Assembly (NCBI GenBank): GCA_041671125.1
Contig: JBAZCA010000005.1
Coordinates: 85,864 to 149,863, forward strand
Length of the DNA stretch: 64,000 nt
Reading direction: 5' to 3'
Source of the DNA: Patescibacteria group bacterium
GTDB lineage: Bacteria; Patescibacteriota; Patescibacteriia; Patescibacteriales; JBAZCA01
Under the pieces are notes generated by a model. That model was not told the origin of the DNA. It saw only the letters and a program-made list of their open reading frames with translations, and did no database searches. The translations under genes and the position numbers were made by a program. Of this stretch, positions 1 to 10,363 are shown piece by piece; the first letter of the stretch is position 1, and every line of letters starts with the position of its first letter.

Positions 1-1
1 A

Positions 2-115
2 GATATTTATCAGAATTGCTTTATGCCGTGCGACGGGCCGGCCTGTTCCGGAGAAAATAAACAGGCGCCTTCCTGTTGCGGCGGGACGCTGACGGATAAA
101 GAGCTTTGTGAATAA
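2..115 (+). CDS. 3' end of an upstream Cys-rich protein (partial, runs off the window start)
   Basis: The frame is open from nt 2 to the TAA at 113-115. The translation DIYQNCFMPCDGPACSGENKQAPSCCGGTLTDKELCE is Cys-rich, like the giant ORF that follows. Confidence 0.35.
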   Translation, partial: DIYQNCFMPCDGPACSGENKQAPSCCGGTLTDKELCE

Positions 116-123
116 ATAAAGAC

Positions 124-3100
124 ATGAGAAAATATTTTAAAGCCACAATCATAATATTATTTTTTCTTGCTGTTATTCTCGGGACAGCTCATTTTGTTTT
201 GGCTCAGTCGGATTTGGATTTGGGATTGTCAGCCGGTGAACAAATCGGCCTTTCGTCGGCCTCGCCCAAAACCGTGATCGTTAATGTTGTCCGGGTTCTG
301 CTCGGATTCTTGGCGCTAGTCGCCGTAATTATAATTATGTACGGCGGTTTTATCTGGATGACGGCCGGCGGCAACGCGGAAAAAATTGAAAAAGCGAAAA
401 AAATCCTGAGAAACGCGGCTATCGGACTCTTAATTATTCTTTCGGCGTTCGCTATTGTGAGCTTTTTAATGACCAAGCTGATACCGCCTACACCCTGCGT
501 CGGGCCTGATTGTCCGGGAAATTGCGAGCCACCGTGCGGTGATGGACTTACCTGCTGTCCCGGAGATTTTTGCGCCGAAAGCTGCGGCACTCCTCCGCCG
601 GACGGTTCATTTCTTATTAACAGAACAGTACCAGGGAACAATGACGTGAATGTTATAAGGAATGTCGTTATCAGGGCGTTTTTTAACGAGCAGATTGACA
701 ATTCCACAGATCAGACGACCCTGACGGATAATTTTATTGTAGAAGATTTGGGTACGATTGCGAAAAATGGCGAGTTTATAGCGAAAAATTATCCGCCGAA
801 AATTATTGTCATGGAAGCTCATGCCCAATCCGGAATAACCGGAAGCGTGGCGACTTCTTCGGCCTGGCAGGAAATTAATTTTCGGCCGTTAGCGGAATGC
901 GGCGACGAAAAAGATACGCCTAACTGCCTGCCGGGCAGCCGGCGGATTCAGGTAACAGTAAACGGCGCGAGCGGGATTTTTTCAGTAGGACATCAGTCGC
1001 TTTCCTGCGCCGGAACCAGTTGCCGTTTTATTTTTACGACCGGAGAGTTAATTGATACCGAGGGGCCGATGTCCGGAATTATTCCGGCCCAGATGTGTAA
1101 AGACGACGGAACCTTAAAGCCTGACGCCAATACCGTCGGCGGCTGGGGCAGGGATGATATCGCCATTGCCAAGTTGGAATTTTTTTCGGAAAAATCAGGC
1201 GGTCCGGAGAATCTCGCCCATCTTGAGCCCGGTAATTCGGAAAAATACCAGTATTTAGACTGGAAATATGATACTTCCGCGATGAACGTCGGCGACAGCT
1301 ATACTTTTAAAGTTAGAGCAGAAGATTTAGCCGCGTCGTCTTCGGTCGCCAGTTTTAGTACAACCATAAAATCCGGCCACTGTTGTAACGGCATTAAGGA
1401 CGCCGGCGAAGAAGAAGTTGATTGCGGCGGAGCCGACTGCCTCGCCTGCGAAGGCGGAGCCTGCAATAGATCAGAGCCGAATTTATGCGGTGTCGAAAAC
1501 TCTAACTGTGCCGATGAGCTATGTTCAACCAGTTATTGTCAGTGTGATACGCCAGAGGGATGCATCTGCAAAAAGCGGCCGATTATTTACGGGATATCGC
1601 CATATGGCGGATTTTGCGACGGCAATATTAATAAATTTTGCCGCCTTGACGGCGATTGCGCAGGACTAAATCCCGCAACCTGCAATAAAGACGCGCCAAA
1701 CGGAGCGCCGGAAAATTTTTTGACGATTTATGGGAAGAATTTTGGCGTGGTTAATAATCTTTTGGAGAATGTTTTGACCAATATCAATTTTGAGCAGGGA
1801 GCACTCGGAGGGGTGCCGAAAGACTGGACGAGCAGCTATCAGGGTCATTCCTGGGTCGGAATCGTGAGCGAAGCCGGTAACTATGTTTCGCCTTCAAGAA
1901 GCGTTAAACTGCACCAAGACTCCGGTCAGTCCTACCCCGGGGTTTGTAGCGAAGAATTATGTAAACATCAAGGGATTTATGATAAATTCCCTCATGCCTG
2001 CCAATGGAGGAATGAGGGTGGGACGAATAAGTGCGTTTTTCCTCATGACGCTTACTGCGGGGAAGGGGAATGCAAAATTAACGAAGGACAAGATTTGGAG
2101 TGGCCGTACACTAACCGGGTGATGTGGTTTAAGCTTGTTTATGATATTTCAAAATTGGATTTTACAGTCGGAGATAGGTATGTCTTAAGGTTTAAATATA
2201 AAGGCCATACTTCGACGAGTGTTAACGTCCAGTCCGGTTACAGTCTAGGCTGGAACAGTCAGGCATGGCTAAAAGCCGATTACAACGATCCAACCTGCGT
2301 TACCCAGGGCGGTACATACTGTTCCGACAGTCCGGGAAAATGCCAATGCTCTGAAGCGCCGGATTATTGCTGTTACGATGCGCCGGCGCAAACCAAGCCT
2401 TATTTGTCTTTTTCATTTTCCGGCATACCCCCCGGCGATTATAGTGACTGGCGCAGTTATGAATCATTTTTTACATATACGGATGAAATGGACCGATTGA
2501 AAAACCGGACGGGAAAAAAAACATTTGAGGTTGGCCTGACCGTCGGCTATAATGCTACTGATTCCTTAGACACGGATATATACGTTGATGATTTCATGTT
2601 CGCCAGGGTCGCTTCAAAAGCCGGCGTAAATTTTGTCGGAGCAAAGGGCGATCCGGCTGATGATAGAACAGGAGTCTTTCCTACGGACCTGAATCCTAAT
2701 TGTATAAGCAGCTGGATTGATAATCAGATTATAATAGCAATCCCTCAAGAGGTGGTTAGCGGTAGCATCGCGGTTACTGGAGAAAACGGCTTAGCTGACG
2801 CTACTGATGACCAATACGGGCCGGTGTTAAAAGATTTTACCGCCAATACGATTATAAGGCCTGGAATTTGCCGGCTGGTGAATGATAAATGCGCCGGTAA
2901 TCCCGCTTGTCAGGCGGATCACGGATTGATAGGAGATACGCTTACTTATTATGGCCTCAATCTGCCTCTCGGATCCAGCGCTTATTTCGGCGACTGGCAG
3001 GGAAATAATGTCCCGGGCACAAATTCTTTATTCGGCGCGGATATTAATAGGCAGGGAATATCCGGGGTAGCGAATATTTACCCGGGGCTTACAACAAGTT

Positions 3101-6100
3101 TTGTTGTTAAAGATAATATAAATAGCAATTATTTAAATTTTACCAAAGATCCGGAACCCTATTCGGGGCCGCTTATTGAATCTTTTGACCCGCAAACCGG
3201 AACTTCCACCCAATATGTTACGATCCGGGGCCGCGGTTTTGGCAACGCGCGGGGAGAGAGTCAGGTATTTTTCGGGAACGAGAGCGGTATAGAAGCCGGT
3301 TATGATTTTCCGAAAGTCTGCGCCGACAGTGTCTGGACCGATAATCAGGTAATTATAAAAGTCCCGGCAGGAATCGCCGACGGATTATATTTATTAACTA
3401 TGAAAATCGGGACGGTGGTTATTAATACTTCGGAACTAGCGATGCCAAAATTCATGGTTGACAGCTCAGAACCGCTTAAACCGAGCCTTTGCAAAATTCA
3501 GCCGGTGATGGGGCTAATTGGTCAGCCGGTGAGCTTTTGGGGCGAATACTTTGGTGCGAAAGATGCTAATAGTAAAATAAAATTTTATTTGAATAAATAC
3601 CAGCCGGGATCTTCAGGCTATTGGGGAAAGGATAATTCTACGACAAGCGGAATAATTCCGGATATGGCGACAACGACGGTTCCGGCCAGAGCCATAAGCG
3701 GGCCGGTTAAAATGATAAAAAACAAGCCGGAATTAGAAGGAAACGGATTAAATTTTAAAGTCGGGGAATGTTCCAAATCCGAAGAGTGCGGAGGCGGGGC
3801 AGTCTGTTGCCCTTCCGGTTCCCAACATCAGGGTCGTTGTATGTTCGGCGATAATGTTGAAGAAGCCTGCTATGACGTTTTTAAATCCTGCGTTTATGAA
3901 TGGGATTTTTCAACCGGAGCAAAAATCGGCGACCCTTGCGATAAGGATAAAGATAAAGCAAAATGTCAGCCGGATCAGGACGTTTGCGGTGATGAGCTGG
4001 TTTGTTATGTGGACGAAGAAAATCCGGATCTTAACTGCACCTGTCAAATGCCCTGTGATTTGAAACCTGGCGATGAGCCCGGAAATGAGGGTTGCCAGAA
4101 AGATGATGACAAGTGCCAAAGCGAACTTGGTGAAGATTATATTTGTGATCCGGAGAGCGATTGCACCTGCCAGCCGACTTATACCGAGTCATGCTCCGGC
4201 TACGATATAAACCAATGTGTCTATAATTATTGTTCCGGCCCAAAAAAGCCGGGAGAGTGCAGCGTTAATACAGAGCCGAAAGAAGGAAATAAATGCAACA
4301 GCAAATATTGCAAAGACCTTTGCGGAGGCAAAGCCTGCGAGTATAACGAAACACTGGACAAATGCGCGGAAAATACTTTAATTTGTGGATTGTCCCACGC
4401 GGAAACCCGTAATATTGGAGGCAAGGACGTTCAGCTCGATGAATATTGTGCTTTGTATAACAAAAAATACCGTTGGCATGTTAAAAATTTTGAAAACTGC
4501 AATCTACTGGGCGGTTCCTGGCGGAATGCCGGCGGAAGCGTTTGTGCCGATGTCGGTTCTGAATGTGGTGGAGTTTGCGAAGCCGGACTGAATTGCGTCG
4601 GAGAAAATGGCAAAGACAATAACGGCGACGGGGCGCTTGACGCATCGTGGATAGGAGTTTGCGGAGTTGACCGGGCGGTTTGCGGTTTGGATTATGAATG
4701 CAAGAATGGCACTTGCAAGCAGAAAATCGCCGGCATTTGCGAATGTTGCTGCCAAAAAAGCGAAAATAAATATGATTTGGACGGAATTTTTAAATATAAT
4801 CCCCAGTGTTGTGCGCCGCTAAAATGCGGAAGCGAATGCGGGGAAAGTGTCGGCAAACCGGAAAAAGTCTGTAAAAAAACTGATAGCGTACTTACAAAGA
4901 AAAAATGCGATACTGAAGCCGACTGCGACACCGGTTCCGGAGAAACCTGTGTGGAAAATTTACCTACAGCCGATTTCGGGCTTTGCTCGGGTTGCCGGGT
5001 TGACAGCGACAATAACGGCGGAATATCGGAAGAGGAGCAGGAAAAATCCGATCAGGCCTGCAACTGCGCCGGTTCAGCCGGAAAATACTGCGACGTTAAC
5101 ACTGACGCCAATTCTGACGGAAAACTGGACAACCAAGACGGAGTCTGCCGCGAATGCGGAGAGCTAAGCTATTATCCGGCTAAGTGCACCGAGCATGACG
5201 CTTCTTGTTGCGTTGACGGTCAAGAAGGTAGCGTCTGTCGGGGAATAACATCCGGCGGGAGCACGGTAAAAGAAGACAATTTAGCCTATTGCGCTTACTA
5301 TAAGTGCGGCACCTCGGAAGACCAATACCAATGCGACAGCGAAAATCCGAGCCCCGGTTTAATTAATCCGGACAGCTATCCTTACGATAAACCTAATTGC
5401 GACGGAGCTTGCGGATCTCCGCCCGGCGGATCATGTTATAATGAAAAACAGGAACTTTGCTCGCTTAATTGCTGGATGTCGGAAGCGTATAAGTGTCTTG
5501 GGTATGGCGATTATGGGGAAAACGATACGCCGGGAATTTGCTGGGATTGGAATAAAAATCCGGAAACCGAAGTGCCCAAATGCGATGCCGGAGACGGATC
5601 GTGCCTTTGTTGCTGCGACCCGGGTAAAACCGGAATTGACCCGACTGATCCCGCGACTTATGACGCCTGTCAGGCGCTGGATAATAAAAAATTAAAATGT
5701 CAGCCAGATAAAGAACCTTGCACCTCGGATAAAAGAGGTCTTTGTTGCGGCTGTGAGGCTGATGTGGACTGCGTTATTCCCAGTGAACAGCCCGATCTTG
5801 TCGGTTGCGGATTTGACGCCTGTTGCCGGGCCCGGCCGGATGTAGAAAGGGATAGCGAAATACCAAAAAATGGCCAGACTGACGCCTGCCGGAACGGGCA
5901 AATCAGCGCGGTATTCAGTGAAAGAATGGATATTCAAAGTTTCCCGAGCAATATTATCGTGGCCGGAGAATATAGCGGGAAATGTCCGGACGGAACGGTT
6001 TATGTCGCTATTAACGGCGAAGAACCGGGATTTTTTAAGCGGATAATCGCGAAAATTTCAGGGCTGGTAAAAAAAATAATCCATTTCCGGTCTAAAGAAG

Positions 6101-8043
6101 CCATGGCTTTAGCGCCCGAGCCAGGAAAAAATTATTGCGCTGTTCCAGGAAGCGTTAGCGGTTATCAGACCGCCGGCAAAAAAACCGAAATCATTTTTTC
6201 CGTTAGTAAACTTTTAGATCCGGGTCGGCAGTATTATGTGATCATAAAAGGCGATGAAAATTTTGACAGCCGCTCGGGTGTTTTAAGTTTCTGGAAAATC
6301 GGCATGAACGGCAAAGGTTATAATAACCCCGACACTCCGGCTGACGATTGGAATGAGCTGGAATCCGTAATTTTTAACGGCAAAACCTACAAGAACGCCC
6401 ATGTTTGGACTTTTAAAACCATGGATAGCAAATCGGAAAATAAAGGCGTTTGCACGGTAAAAGACGTTGCCATTGACCCTAATTCATACTTATATAATAC
6501 CAATATAGACGACCTCGCGGAAAATGATACTAACCAGAATGACCGCACTTTTGATACGGCTTATGACATTGATAAAGTTTTTCTTTCCAAAGCCCTGTCA
6601 AAAGACGGCCAGGTATTAGTTCCGGTGGAGGGTTATAGCTGGAACTGGACATGGCTGACTGATAATCCCCGGGTGGCAAATATTTCCATTGCCCCGGACC
6701 ATGTATTTTCCAACGGCGCGCCCGAAAGCGATCGTCAGTTAATCCGGGCTAACGAAAAAATAACCGACGGGGAAACTTTCGTCAAGGCAACGGTAAGTTT
6801 TAATTCGCAAAATACGGTCGGGCAAAAATCCGGCTCAGTTTCCGGCAAAGCGAATATTTGGGTTTTTATCTGCAAAAACCCCTGGCCGGCGATCAAAACA
6901 AATGGAACTTGGACGCCGTGGATTGACAGCGGAGCGGAAGAGTTTTGCAACGCTGGAAAAACCGGCGCCGGCGCTTCGTGCCAGAATACCAATTATGAAC
7001 TTTATTACTGCCGCGACTCGGGCGGGGAAGGAACCGCCGACGATTTGCCGGTGATTGACGCGGCTTCAATATTCAGGCGCGACCCGGACACAAAAATTCT
7101 CAAAGAAGTTTATTACCTAAGGGGTCAGTTGCCGGCCGGAGGGTATGACTTATTCGGTTTAACAGGCGAATCATCTGATTCCGGAAATGAGGTTGCGCTC
7201 CGTTGGAATCCACAGAGCTACGTTGACAGCTATAAAATTTATTACGGCGTGAGTCCGGCTGAGTATATTTTTAACAAAACGATTGATATAATTACTTCGG
7301 GAACGCCGGACGGTAAACAAGCGCTATGCCAAAGCGGGCATTGCGAATACGCGGTTTCCGGCCTGCAAAGCGGCCAAACTTATTATTTTACCATAACTTC
7401 CTATAATAAGGAGACCGGCGCCGAAAGCGGTTATTCAAAGGAAGTAAGTGCAAAGGCTGAGGATACTACTGGACCGGAAGCGGTTGACGATGCCAAAGCC
7501 GAGCCGTCCGATAAGCAGGTAAAACTGGAATATACACTGGCGAACGACGCAGTGAGTTCGGAAGTATTCTATAAAGCCGTGGCCGACGAGGACGGTTGTA
7601 AAGAGAATATTGTCTTCGGCGGTTCGGTAAAGAGTACGCAAAAAGACGGTAAAGGAACCGCGACTATTAAGTCTCTGACCAATGGCAACCGTTACTGTTT
7701 TGGCATAGCCTCTTATGACTCCTCAATGAACCCGAGCGCGACGACTACGGTTTCGGCCGTTCCGTTTTCAAACCTGGGCAACCTGAAAGCCGAGTCAGCC
7801 GCGGAGGGCAAAGCGCGTTTGAGCTGGGACGCGGCCGAGGGAATAGCCGGTTATGATATTTATCAGAAGAAAGACGGCAGCGCGGAATACACCGAAGCCG
7901 CCAGGGACGTTTCTTTTGATTATACTTTTTACAACCTCGACAGCCTTTTAAGTGGAGAAAAATATTATTTTAAGGTTGAACCGAAGAATATTGACGGAGT
8001 TAAAGATGTTTATTTAAACGAAGCGAGCGTTGTTATAAAATAA
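124..8043 (+). CDS. Giant (2639 aa) Cys-rich surface protein with a TrbC/VirB2-type (T4SS-pilin-like) N-terminal membrane anchor, IPT/TIG-like domains and C-terminal FN3 repeats
   Basis: A single 7.9-kb ORF. The N-terminus has a signal/TM segment followed by MYGGFIWMTAGGNAEKIEKAKKILRNAAIGLLIILSAFAIV, a two-helix pilin-like hairpin. The core is extremely Cys-rich (e.g. CCNGIKDAGEEEVDCGGADCLAC). IPT-like segments are present (GPLIESFDPQTGTSTQYVTIRGRGFG). Three FN3-like repeats sit at the C-terminus (LRWNPQSYVDSYKIYYG...YYFTITSYN; GYDIYQKK...KYYFKVEPKN). Confidence 0.85.
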   Translation: MRKYFKATIIILFFLAVILGTAHFVLAQSDLDLGLSAGEQIGLSSASPKTVIVNVVRVLLGFLALVAVIIIMYGGFIWMTAGGNAEKIEKAKKILRNAAIGLLIILSAFAIVSFLMTKLIPPTPCVGPDCPGNCEPPCGDGLTCCPGDFCAESCGTPPPDGSFLINRTVPGNNDVNVIRNVVIRAFFNEQIDNSTDQTTLTDNFIVEDLGTIAKNGEFIAKNYPPKIIVMEAHAQSGITGSVATSSAWQEINFRPLAECGDEKDTPNCLPGSRRIQVTVNGASGIFSVGHQSLSCAGTSCRFIFTTGELIDTEGPMSGIIPAQMCKDDGTLKPDANTVGGWGRDDIAIAKLEFFSEKSGGPENLAHLEPGNSEKYQYLDWKYDTSAMNVGDSYTFKVRAEDLAASSSVASFSTTIKSGHCCNGIKDAGEEEVDCGGADCLACEGGACNRSEPNLCGVENSNCADELCSTSYCQCDTPEGCICKKRPIIYGISPYGGFCDGNINKFCRLDGDCAGLNPATCNKDAPNGAPENFLTIYGKNFGVVNNLLENVLTNINFEQGALGGVPKDWTSSYQGHSWVGIVSEAGNYVSPSRSVKLHQDSGQSYPGVCSEELCKHQGIYDKFPHACQWRNEGGTNKCVFPHDAYCGEGECKINEGQDLEWPYTNRVMWFKLVYDISKLDFTVGDRYVLRFKYKGHTSTSVNVQSGYSLGWNSQAWLKADYNDPTCVTQGGTYCSDSPGKCQCSEAPDYCCYDAPAQTKPYLSFSFSGIPPGDYSDWRSYESFFTYTDEMDRLKNRTGKKTFEVGLTVGYNATDSLDTDIYVDDFMFARVASKAGVNFVGAKGDPADDRTGVFPTDLNPNCISSWIDNQIIIAIPQEVVSGSIAVTGENGLADATDDQYGPVLKDFTANTIIRPGICRLVNDKCAGNPACQADHGLIGDTLTYYGLNLPLGSSAYFGDWQGNNVPGTNSLFGADINRQGISGVANIYPGLTTSFVVKDNINSNYLNFTKDPEPYSGPLIESFDPQTGTSTQYVTIRGRGFGNARGESQVFFGNESGIEAGYDFPKVCADSVWTDNQVIIKVPAGIADGLYLLTMKIGTVVINTSELAMPKFMVDSSEPLKPSLCKIQPVMGLIGQPVSFWGEYFGAKDANSKIKFYLNKYQPGSSGYWGKDNSTTSGIIPDMATTTVPARAISGPVKMIKNKPELEGNGLNFKVGECSKSEECGGGAVCCPSGSQHQGRCMFGDNVEEACYDVFKSCVYEWDFSTGAKIGDPCDKDKDKAKCQPDQDVCGDELVCYVDEENPDLNCTCQMPCDLKPGDEPGNEGCQKDDDKCQSELGEDYICDPESDCTCQPTYTESCSGYDINQCVYNYCSGPKKPGECSVNTEPKEGNKCNSKYCKDLCGGKACEYNETLDKCAENTLICGLSHAETRNIGGKDVQLDEYCALYNKKYRWHVKNFENCNLLGGSWRNAGGSVCADVGSECGGVCEAGLNCVGENGKDNNGDGALDASWIGVCGVDRAVCGLDYECKNGTCKQKIAGICECCCQKSENKYDLDGIFKYNPQCCAPLKCGSECGESVGKPEKVCKKTDSVLTKKKCDTEADCDTGSGETCVENLPTADFGLCSGCRVDSDNNGGISEEEQEKSDQACNCAGSAGKYCDVNTDANSDGKLDNQDGVCRECGELSYYPAKCTEHDASCCVDGQEGSVCRGITSGGSTVKEDNLAYCAYYKCGTSEDQYQCDSENPSPGLINPDSYPYDKPNCDGACGSPPGGSCYNEKQELCSLNCWMSEAYKCLGYGDYGENDTPGICWDWNKNPETEVPKCDAGDGSCLCCCDPGKTGIDPTDPATYDACQALDNKKLKCQPDKEPCTSDKRGLCCGCEADVDCVIPSEQPDLVGCGFDACCRARPDVERDSEIPKNGQTDACRNGQISAVFSERMDIQSFPSNIIVAGEYSGKCPDGTVYVAINGEEPGFFKRIIAKISGLVKKIIHFRSKEAMALAPEPGKNYCAVPGSVSGYQTAGKKTEIIFSVSKLLDPGRQYYVIIKGDENFDSRSGVLSFWKIGMNGKGYNNPDTPADDWNELESVIFNGKTYKNAHVWTFKTMDSKSENKGVCTVKDVAIDPNSYLYNTNIDDLAENDTNQNDRTFDTAYDIDKVFLSKALSKDGQVLVPVEGYSWNWTWLTDNPRVANISIAPDHVFSNGAPESDRQLIRANEKITDGETFVKATVSFNSQNTVGQKSGSVSGKANIWVFICKNPWPAIKTNGTWTPWIDSGAEEFCNAGKTGAGASCQNTNYELYYCRDSGGEGTADDLPVIDAASIFRRDPDTKILKEVYYLRGQLPAGGYDLFGLTGESSDSGNEVALRWNPQSYVDSYKIYYGVSPAEYIFNKTIDIITSGTPDGKQALCQSGHCEYAVSGLQSGQTYYFTITSYNKETGAESGYSKEVSAKAEDTTGPEAVDDAKAEPSDKQVKLEYTLANDAVSSEVFYKAVADEDGCKENIVFGGSVKSTQKDGKGTATIKSLTNGNRYCFGIASYDSSMNPSATTTVSAVPFSNLGNLKAESAAEGKARLSWDAAEGIAGYDIYQKKDGSAEYTEAARDVSFDYTFYNLDSLLSGEKYYFKVEPKNIDGVKDVYLNEASVVIK

Positions 8044-8131
8044 ATTTAATTTTGATTGCGTAACGCGGAGCGCGCAACCTGTAACGAACCCGGAATAACA
8101 TAAGTTCAGTATTCGTTGCGAGTTATGAGTT

Positions 8132-8983
8132 ATGCGATTTAATCGTATGTTTGAAAACACGAATCAGAACAATCAAAATTCGGGGGGGCAGGACCCTGCC
8201 CTGAGTCCGCCGGACGCGGGAGGATTTAAACCTAGCGCGCCTTATCAGGGTCAGGGGAATTTTTCCGTCAATCCTCAGGCTCCCGGTCTTCCGCAAAAAG
8301 CGGCGGTAGAAGACATTTTTTCCCAGATGGACGGCGGAGCAAAATCCCGGCCGGAAATTTTAGGGCCCAAAAAGTCGGGTTTACCCGGTGAAACCGGTGG
8401 TGAAGGTGATGTGTTTAAAAAATCAATGGATTCAAAAAGGATAGTTTTGGCCGGCATCGGACTCGGCGGAATAATTTTAATTTTTATTGGCGCGTGGTAT
8501 AGTTATAATATCTTTTTACCCAAACGGCAGGAAGCCAAAGAAAATTCGCCCTTGGTAGAAGAGAACGCAGTTAACCAGCCTGCCGTAAATACCGCTAATA
8601 CCGCGGTCGGTAATGAGGCGGCCAGTGAAGAGGAATCCAAAGAGCCGGAGGAAGCCGCTGGAACGCTTTTGGGGACTGATGTGCTGGAAAGCCCGCTTCA
8701 GCCCGGCGAAGAAAGAACAGGTGAAGCGACGGCGGTTGATTCCGGGCGCGATAGCGATAATGACGGTTTAAAAGATTTGGAAGAGGCGGAGTTAGGCACT
8801 GACCCGGAAAAAATTGATACTGACGGCGATGGCCTTTTTGATAACGAAGAGGTAGCGGTCTATAAGACTGATCCCTTGAATCAAGATACTGACGGCGACA
8901 GCTACCCGGACGGCAGTGAAGTAAAGAATGGCTATGACCCAAAGGGCCCGGGTAAATTATTTAAAGTAATACCAACAGAATAG
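8132..8983 (+). CDS. Membrane-anchored protein with thrombospondin type-3-like Ca-binding repeats
   Basis: One TM segment (IVLAGIGLGGIILIFIGAWY). The C-terminus carries D-rich repeats: DSDNDGLKDLEEAELGTDPEKIDTDGDGLFDNEEVAVYKTDPLNQDTDGDSYPDGSEV. Confidence 0.7.
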   Translation: MRFNRMFENTNQNNQNSGGQDPALSPPDAGGFKPSAPYQGQGNFSVNPQAPGLPQKAAVEDIFSQMDGGAKSRPEILGPKKSGLPGETGGEGDVFKKSMDSKRIVLAGIGLGGIILIFIGAWYSYNIFLPKRQEAKENSPLVEENAVNQPAVNTANTAVGNEAASEEESKEPEEAAGTLLGTDVLESPLQPGEERTGEATAVDSGRDSDNDGLKDLEEAELGTDPEKIDTDGDGLFDNEEVAVYKTDPLNQDTDGDSYPDGSEVKNGYDPKGPGKLFKVIPTE

Positions 8984-8986
8984 CTT

Positions 8987-10363
8987 ATGTTTGAATTTTT
9001 TAGTAAATTTATTGGTAAAAATAATCCGGTCAATCCTCTGGCGTCGGTTAAGGATGATTTTAAAAATCAAATCACCGACGAGTCGCTTAATATTTCCGTC
9101 CATGTAATGCCTAAGCGCTTTCGGGTCGCCGCCCATTTGGCGAAAAAATCTAGAAGCGCCGGGACGGCCATTCTTTTTGGCGGAATCGTTTTGCTTTTTT
9201 TGTTGGGCGGCGCCGGCTATTACTATATTTTTGTTAAACAAGCGGCCCGGACGGGAAAAGAACCGCTGGCCGATGAAACCGAAAACCAGAACGAAACCGT
9301 TCCGGCGACTGATGATGAAAATGTCCAGAAAGAAAAGGAAAAAGCTGAAGCCGAAATGATTGAAGACGCGAAACAGAATTATTTAAGTTATAAGAAAAGT
9401 CTCGCTGAAGCCGACACCTTAGACGATTATGAACGCGCTTTCGCGAGTCTGGCCGGCGCAGATCTCTTGGCGGATTGGCAGGACTTAAAAGTAAAGGCTG
9501 ATAAATTGGGGGAAGATAAAAAAGAAGAATTTTTAGCGTTGCTAAAAAATTTCCGCCCGTTAGCCGCAGAAATTGAATCGGTTATGTCCGGAGCGGTAAA
9601 AGATAACGGAGTGAGCCTTTCGGCCGGCGCAACCGGTTTTACAGTCGCGGCCGATCTTGCTGGCTCTAACGGAAGCTGGAAACTTACGGAAGAGTCGGGT
9701 TTTGAATATCTCGACGCCGATAACGCCACGACAACTCCGGACGGCTGGCTCAACGCCAACGAAACGCCTAAACTGCCGGAAAACGAAATTGAATATAAGC
9801 CCGGAAGCGATGCGGATGCGGACGGTTTGACTGATAAGGAAGAGGAGATTCTCGGGACGAATTTTGAGAGCAATGATTCCGACGCTGACGGCTATCCTGA
9901 TTTAAGCGAACTTAATAATTATTACAATCCGGCCGGCGCCGGCCGGTTGGCTGAAAATCCGGGAATAAAGAAGTATTCTGATATTGCTTTAAGTTTTGAA
10001 ATTTTGTATCCGGCCGGCTGGAGCGAAGAAAAATCGGGCGGTGAAGCCATAATTTTGCGCTCCTCGGATAACCAGTTTTTGCAGGCCCTGATCCAGCCGA
10101 ATCCCGATAAAGAAGATATTGAAGCGTGGTACTTAAAGCAATTTGATATTACCGCGGTTCCGGATGACTGGAAGACGGAAAAAGAGACGCTTGACGGCCA
10201 GACGGTCTGGCAGGGGATAAAAAGTCCGGACGGGCTGACGATGTACCTTACGGACGCTGACAAAGAATACATTTATGTTTTAACTTACAGCCCGGGAGAG
10301 GGGCGGACGCTTGATTACCAAAATATTTTTAACATGGTAATCGCCAGCTTTACTTTGCTTTGA
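8987..10363 (+). CDS. Membrane-anchored protein with TSP3-like repeats and an unknown C-terminal domain
   Basis: TM segment AILFGGIVLLFLLGGAGYYYIF. Repeat DADADGLTDKEEEILGTNFESNDSDADGYPDLSELNNYYNP. The start lies 4 nt after the previous stop, and the stop overlaps the ybeY start (TGATG). Confidence 0.7.
   Translation: MFEFFSKFIGKNNPVNPLASVKDDFKNQITDESLNISVHVMPKRFRVAAHLAKKSRSAGTAILFGGIVLLFLLGGAGYYYIFVKQAARTGKEPLADETENQNETVPATDDENVQKEKEKAEAEMIEDAKQNYLSYKKSLAEADTLDDYERAFASLAGADLLADWQDLKVKADKLGEDKKEEFLALLKNFRPLAAEIESVMSGAVKDNGVSLSAGATGFTVAADLAGSNGSWKLTEESGFEYLDADNATTTPDGWLNANETPKLPENEIEYKPGSDADADGLTDKEEEILGTNFESNDSDADGYPDLSELNNYYNPAGAGRLAENPGIKKYSDIALSFEILYPAGWSEEKSGGEAIILRSSDNQFLQALIQPNPDKEDIEAWYLKQFDITAVPDDWKTEKETLDGQTVWQGIKSPDGLTMYLTDADKEYIYVLTYSPGEGRTLDYQNIFNMVIASFTLL

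Noticed and set aside
204-707. Antisense and alternative-frame ORFs in the ORF track. Examples are 204-707(-), 11884-12435(-), 12955-13782(-), 16162-16725(-), 25906-26340(-), 47230-47802(-), 21660-21995(-), 63359-63682(-), 62620-62847(+) and many 60-130-aa ones.
   Set aside because: Each lies inside or opposite a + strand gene that has clear family motifs (FtsA, FtsZ, helicase, RF2, ATPase, nrdD tail/nrdG, S8 protease). Their translations are low-complexity (S/P/R/L-rich), as is typical of shadow ORFs.
124-8043. The giant protein as the missing TcA partner of the TcB/TcC pair
   Set aside because: It is Cys-rich with IPT/FN3 modules and a pilin-like anchor. Nothing in it resembles the largely helical TcA shell or channel architecture. 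It lies 22 kb away, behind unrelated housekeeping genes.
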